Below, piece after piece: positions 61,831-64,000 of a stretch of DNA of 64,000 nt. The notes under the pieces were generated by a model, which was not told the origin of the DNA, ran no database searches, and saw only the letters and a program-made list of their open reading frames with translations. Location: assembly GCA_016214565.1 (NCBI GenBank), contig JACROE010000002.1:728007-792006 (forward strand). Direction: 5' to 3'. Each line of letters begins with the position of its first letter. The first letter of the stretch is position 1. Source of the DNA: Candidatus Kerfeldbacteria bacterium (GTDB taxonomy: Bacteria > Patescibacteriota > Patescibacteriia > UBA10025 > JAHIVO01). A program made the position numbers and the translations under genes.

Positions 61831-63474
61831 ATGCATTTCAAGAATTATATTGCGCAAAAAATTGAGCGGGTGGTGCGACAGCGGTGGCCCGAATTAGATG
61901 ATTTGCCACGCATTGATTTGGCATATCCGCCGGAAGAGCGGTTTGGTGATTATACGACGACACTCGCGTTGCAATTAGCGCCTCGGCTAAAGATGAATCC
62001 GCTTGAAATTGCCAAGATAATTATCGCTGATTTGGGAAAAATTTCCGCAGTACGCCAAATGAGTGTGGTGGCGCCAGGGTTTATTAATTTTTTTCTTGAT
62101 TCGCGCTGGTTAGCACGTCAGGTCGGCGAGATCACGTTGCGCAAGACCGCCGCGGTAAAAATCGACGTGGGCCATGGTCAGCGCGTCGTGGTCGAATATG
62201 TCTCGGCAAATCCAACCGGTCCCGTCACCATGGCTAACGGGCGCGGCGCTTTTTCCGGTGACACGTTGTCACGTGTTTTACGCTTTACCGGGTATCGAGT
62301 GAAGCGGGAATACTATCTCAATGACGTCGGGAACCAGGTTAATATTTTAGCTGAATCAGTGCTGCGCCGGTATTGGATCAATCAGGGCATTAAAATGGAA
62401 TATCCGGATTATTGTTATCAGGGAGATTATGTGAGTGATTTGGCCCGGCGGATCAATGTGCCAAATTATACGCTCCAAAACGCGGAAAAAATTCAAGAAA
62501 TCAAGGACAAAATTAAAGGTCGTATTCTGACGAAAATGGTTGTAGACATTGAGCGGCTATTAGAAAAGAAATTAAACGTTCATTATGATACCTGGTTTTC
62601 TGAAAAATCACTCTACACCTCAGGGCTCGTTGATCGCACTCTACAACAATTGAAAGAATTGCGCCTGCTCTTTAAGTTTGAAGGAGCAATTTGGTTGAAA
62701 ATGAAAGATGCGGGGGAAAAGCAAGACCATGTCTTGATTAAGGCTGACGAACAGCCCACATATTTTTTATCAGAAATTGCGTACCTGTATGATAAGTTTA
62801 TTCGCCGAAAAATCGATCGGTATATTTGGTTAATTGGTGCTGATCATCATGGTCATGCACAACGAATAAAAACCGCGCATCGCATGCTCGGGTTGCCTGG
62901 AATTGTAGATGTAATTTTGATGCAATTTGTTCGTCTCATCCGCAACGGCGAAGAGGTGAAGATGTCTAAGCGTGCCGGCACTTTCGTCACGCTGGAGGAG
63001 CTCGTGGATGAGGTCGGCGTGGATGCGGCGCGGTATTTTTTCCTTATGCACGATTTTAATTCGCATATGGATTTTGATTTAAATTTGGCAAAAAAACAGT
63101 CGAAAGACAACCCGGTGTATTATGTTCAGTATGCCCACACGCGTATCTGTAGTATACTGAAGAAAGCGAAGTCTTTGAAAACAGATGGTACGCAGCTCCT
63201 GCCAAAAGAAACCCATCCGTCAGAAGTACGGCTGATCAAGCAGTTAATCCGGTGGCCTGAATTACTCACCGATGTTGCCGTCTCTTATCAGGTGCACCGA
63301 CTTCCGACCTATGCGACCGAACTTGCTACCGCGTTTCATGATTTTTATACTCAATGTCGGGTGATTGATGGCGCGACCGTTATCGGTCATCGACAGAAAT
63401 TAGTTCGCGCGACGCAGATCATACTCCAACACGTTTTGGCAACCATGGGCATCACCGCCCCCGAAAACATGTAA
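61831..63474 (+). CDS. argS: Arginine--tRNA ligase
   Basis: FGDY, PGFINF, EYVSANPTGP, GADHHG, KMSKRAG, NPVYYVQYAHTR. Confidence 0.97.
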   Translation: MHFKNYIAQKIERVVRQRWPELDDLPRIDLAYPPEERFGDYTTTLALQLAPRLKMNPLEIAKIIIADLGKISAVRQMSVVAPGFINFFLDSRWLARQVGEITLRKTAAVKIDVGHGQRVVVEYVSANPTGPVTMANGRGAFSGDTLSRVLRFTGYRVKREYYLNDVGNQVNILAESVLRRYWINQGIKMEYPDYCYQGDYVSDLARRINVPNYTLQNAEKIQEIKDKIKGRILTKMVVDIERLLEKKLNVHYDTWFSEKSLYTSGLVDRTLQQLKELRLLFKFEGAIWLKMKDAGEKQDHVLIKADEQPTYFLSEIAYLYDKFIRRKIDRYIWLIGADHHGHAQRIKTAHRMLGLPGIVDVILMQFVRLIRNGEEVKMSKRAGTFVTLEELVDEVGVDAARYFFLMHDFNSHMDFDLNLAKKQSKDNPVYYVQYAHTRICSILKKAKSLKTDGTQLLPKETHPSEVRLIKQLIRWPELLTDVAVSYQVHRLPTYATELATAFHDFYTQCRVIDGATVIGHRQKLVRATQIILQHVLATMGITAPENM

Positions 63475-63485
63475 TCGCATTCACT

Positions 63486-64000
63486 ATGAAGATAGGTATC
63501 GATTGCCGAACCATTCTCAATCCAAAGCTCGGCGAGCGCGCCGGGGTGGGGCACTATACGTACAATCTAGTGAAGCATCTTTTGCGTATCGACAAAACGA
63601 ATACGTACTATTTGTATTTCGATCACCGCATCATGGACACGGGTGAATTTTCTCAAGCGAACGTTCACATCAAACAATTGCCATTTTCCCAATACAATAA
63701 GTTCTTGCCGTTTGCTTACTCTCATATGCTGATCTCGGCGTATTTATTGAAGCATAATCTGGACGTGTTTCATTCTCCGATAACCTCCGTACCACTAACC
63801 TATCCGAAGAAGACGGTGGTGACCGTTCATGACCTCGCCATTTATAAAAATCCGGCGTGGTTTCCCTCCCAAATTTTTAGCACTCGCTTATTAGTCCCGC
63901 GTGCCGTGAGTACGGCTGACCATATCATCGCCGTTTCCGAGAGCACCAAGCAAGATTTGAAGGAGCTATTCAATGTCCCGAGTCGCAAAGTAACGGTAAC
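63486..64000 (+). CDS. GT4-family glycosyltransferase (3'-truncated by window edge)
   Basis: MKIGIDCR...GVGHYTYNL...DVFHSP...VVTVHDL...ADHIIAVSESTKQDL. Confidence 0.92.
   Translation, partial: MKIGIDCRTILNPKLGERAGVGHYTYNLVKHLLRIDKTNTYYLYFDHRIMDTGEFSQANVHIKQLPFSQYNKFLPFAYSHMLISAYLLKHNLDVFHSPITSVPLTYPKKTVVTVHDLAIYKNPAWFPSQIFSTRLLVPRAVSTADHIIAVSESTKQDLKELFNVPSRKVTV

Noticed and set aside
1-64000. Alternative genetic code (TGA=Gly)
   Set aside because: RF2 is present, and conserved genes end at TGA (e.g. hisS, hsdS) without read-through being needed.

Overview
This is a bacterial chromosome segment using genetic code 11 (prfB is present and TGA stops are used). Gene content and style point to a Patescibacteria/CPR organism, probably a Parcubacteria/ABY1-type lineage (inference). 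The clues are a VirB2-like pilin fused to a giant surface protein, a split ComEC, a long tmRNA tag and few Shine-Dalgarno sequences. Layout: 1-12.1 kb is the right part of a defence island (type I R-M, M48 peptidase, a 1262-aa nuclease/degenerate-NTPase-like protein, a degenerate HisKA-REC protein). It ends at a tRNA 3'-end remnant, followed by a disrupted tRNA gene whose 5' part is tandemly repeated and carries a twin-hairpin D-loop insertion. 12.5-31 kb holds housekeeping genes (lepB, hisS, HIT, rpsU, yqeY, ybeY, dgkA, ftsA, ftsZ) around a four-gene surface cluster headed by a 2713-aa pilin fusion. 31-35 kb holds a YegD-like Hsp70 and an AT-richer NDK-like/double-methyltransferase/Nudix cassette. 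35-48 kb holds nrdR, envelope genes (including an apparently dead NodB deacetylase), htrA, prfB, glmS, and comEC separated from its MBL partner by an inverted glpX-fba cassette. Two orphan transcription units (42.7-43.4 kb and 47.8-51.9 kb) each have a sigma70-type promoter, a long structured leader with an SD-led ~37-38 aa uORF, and a terminator; these are the best candidates for an undescribed system. 52-64 kb holds FG-GAP surface enzymes, a FecR/FN3 protein, tRNA-Asp, rplT-rpmI-infC, tmRNA, smpB, argS and a partial GT4. All domain calls come from motif recognition by eye; no database searches or folding programs were run.
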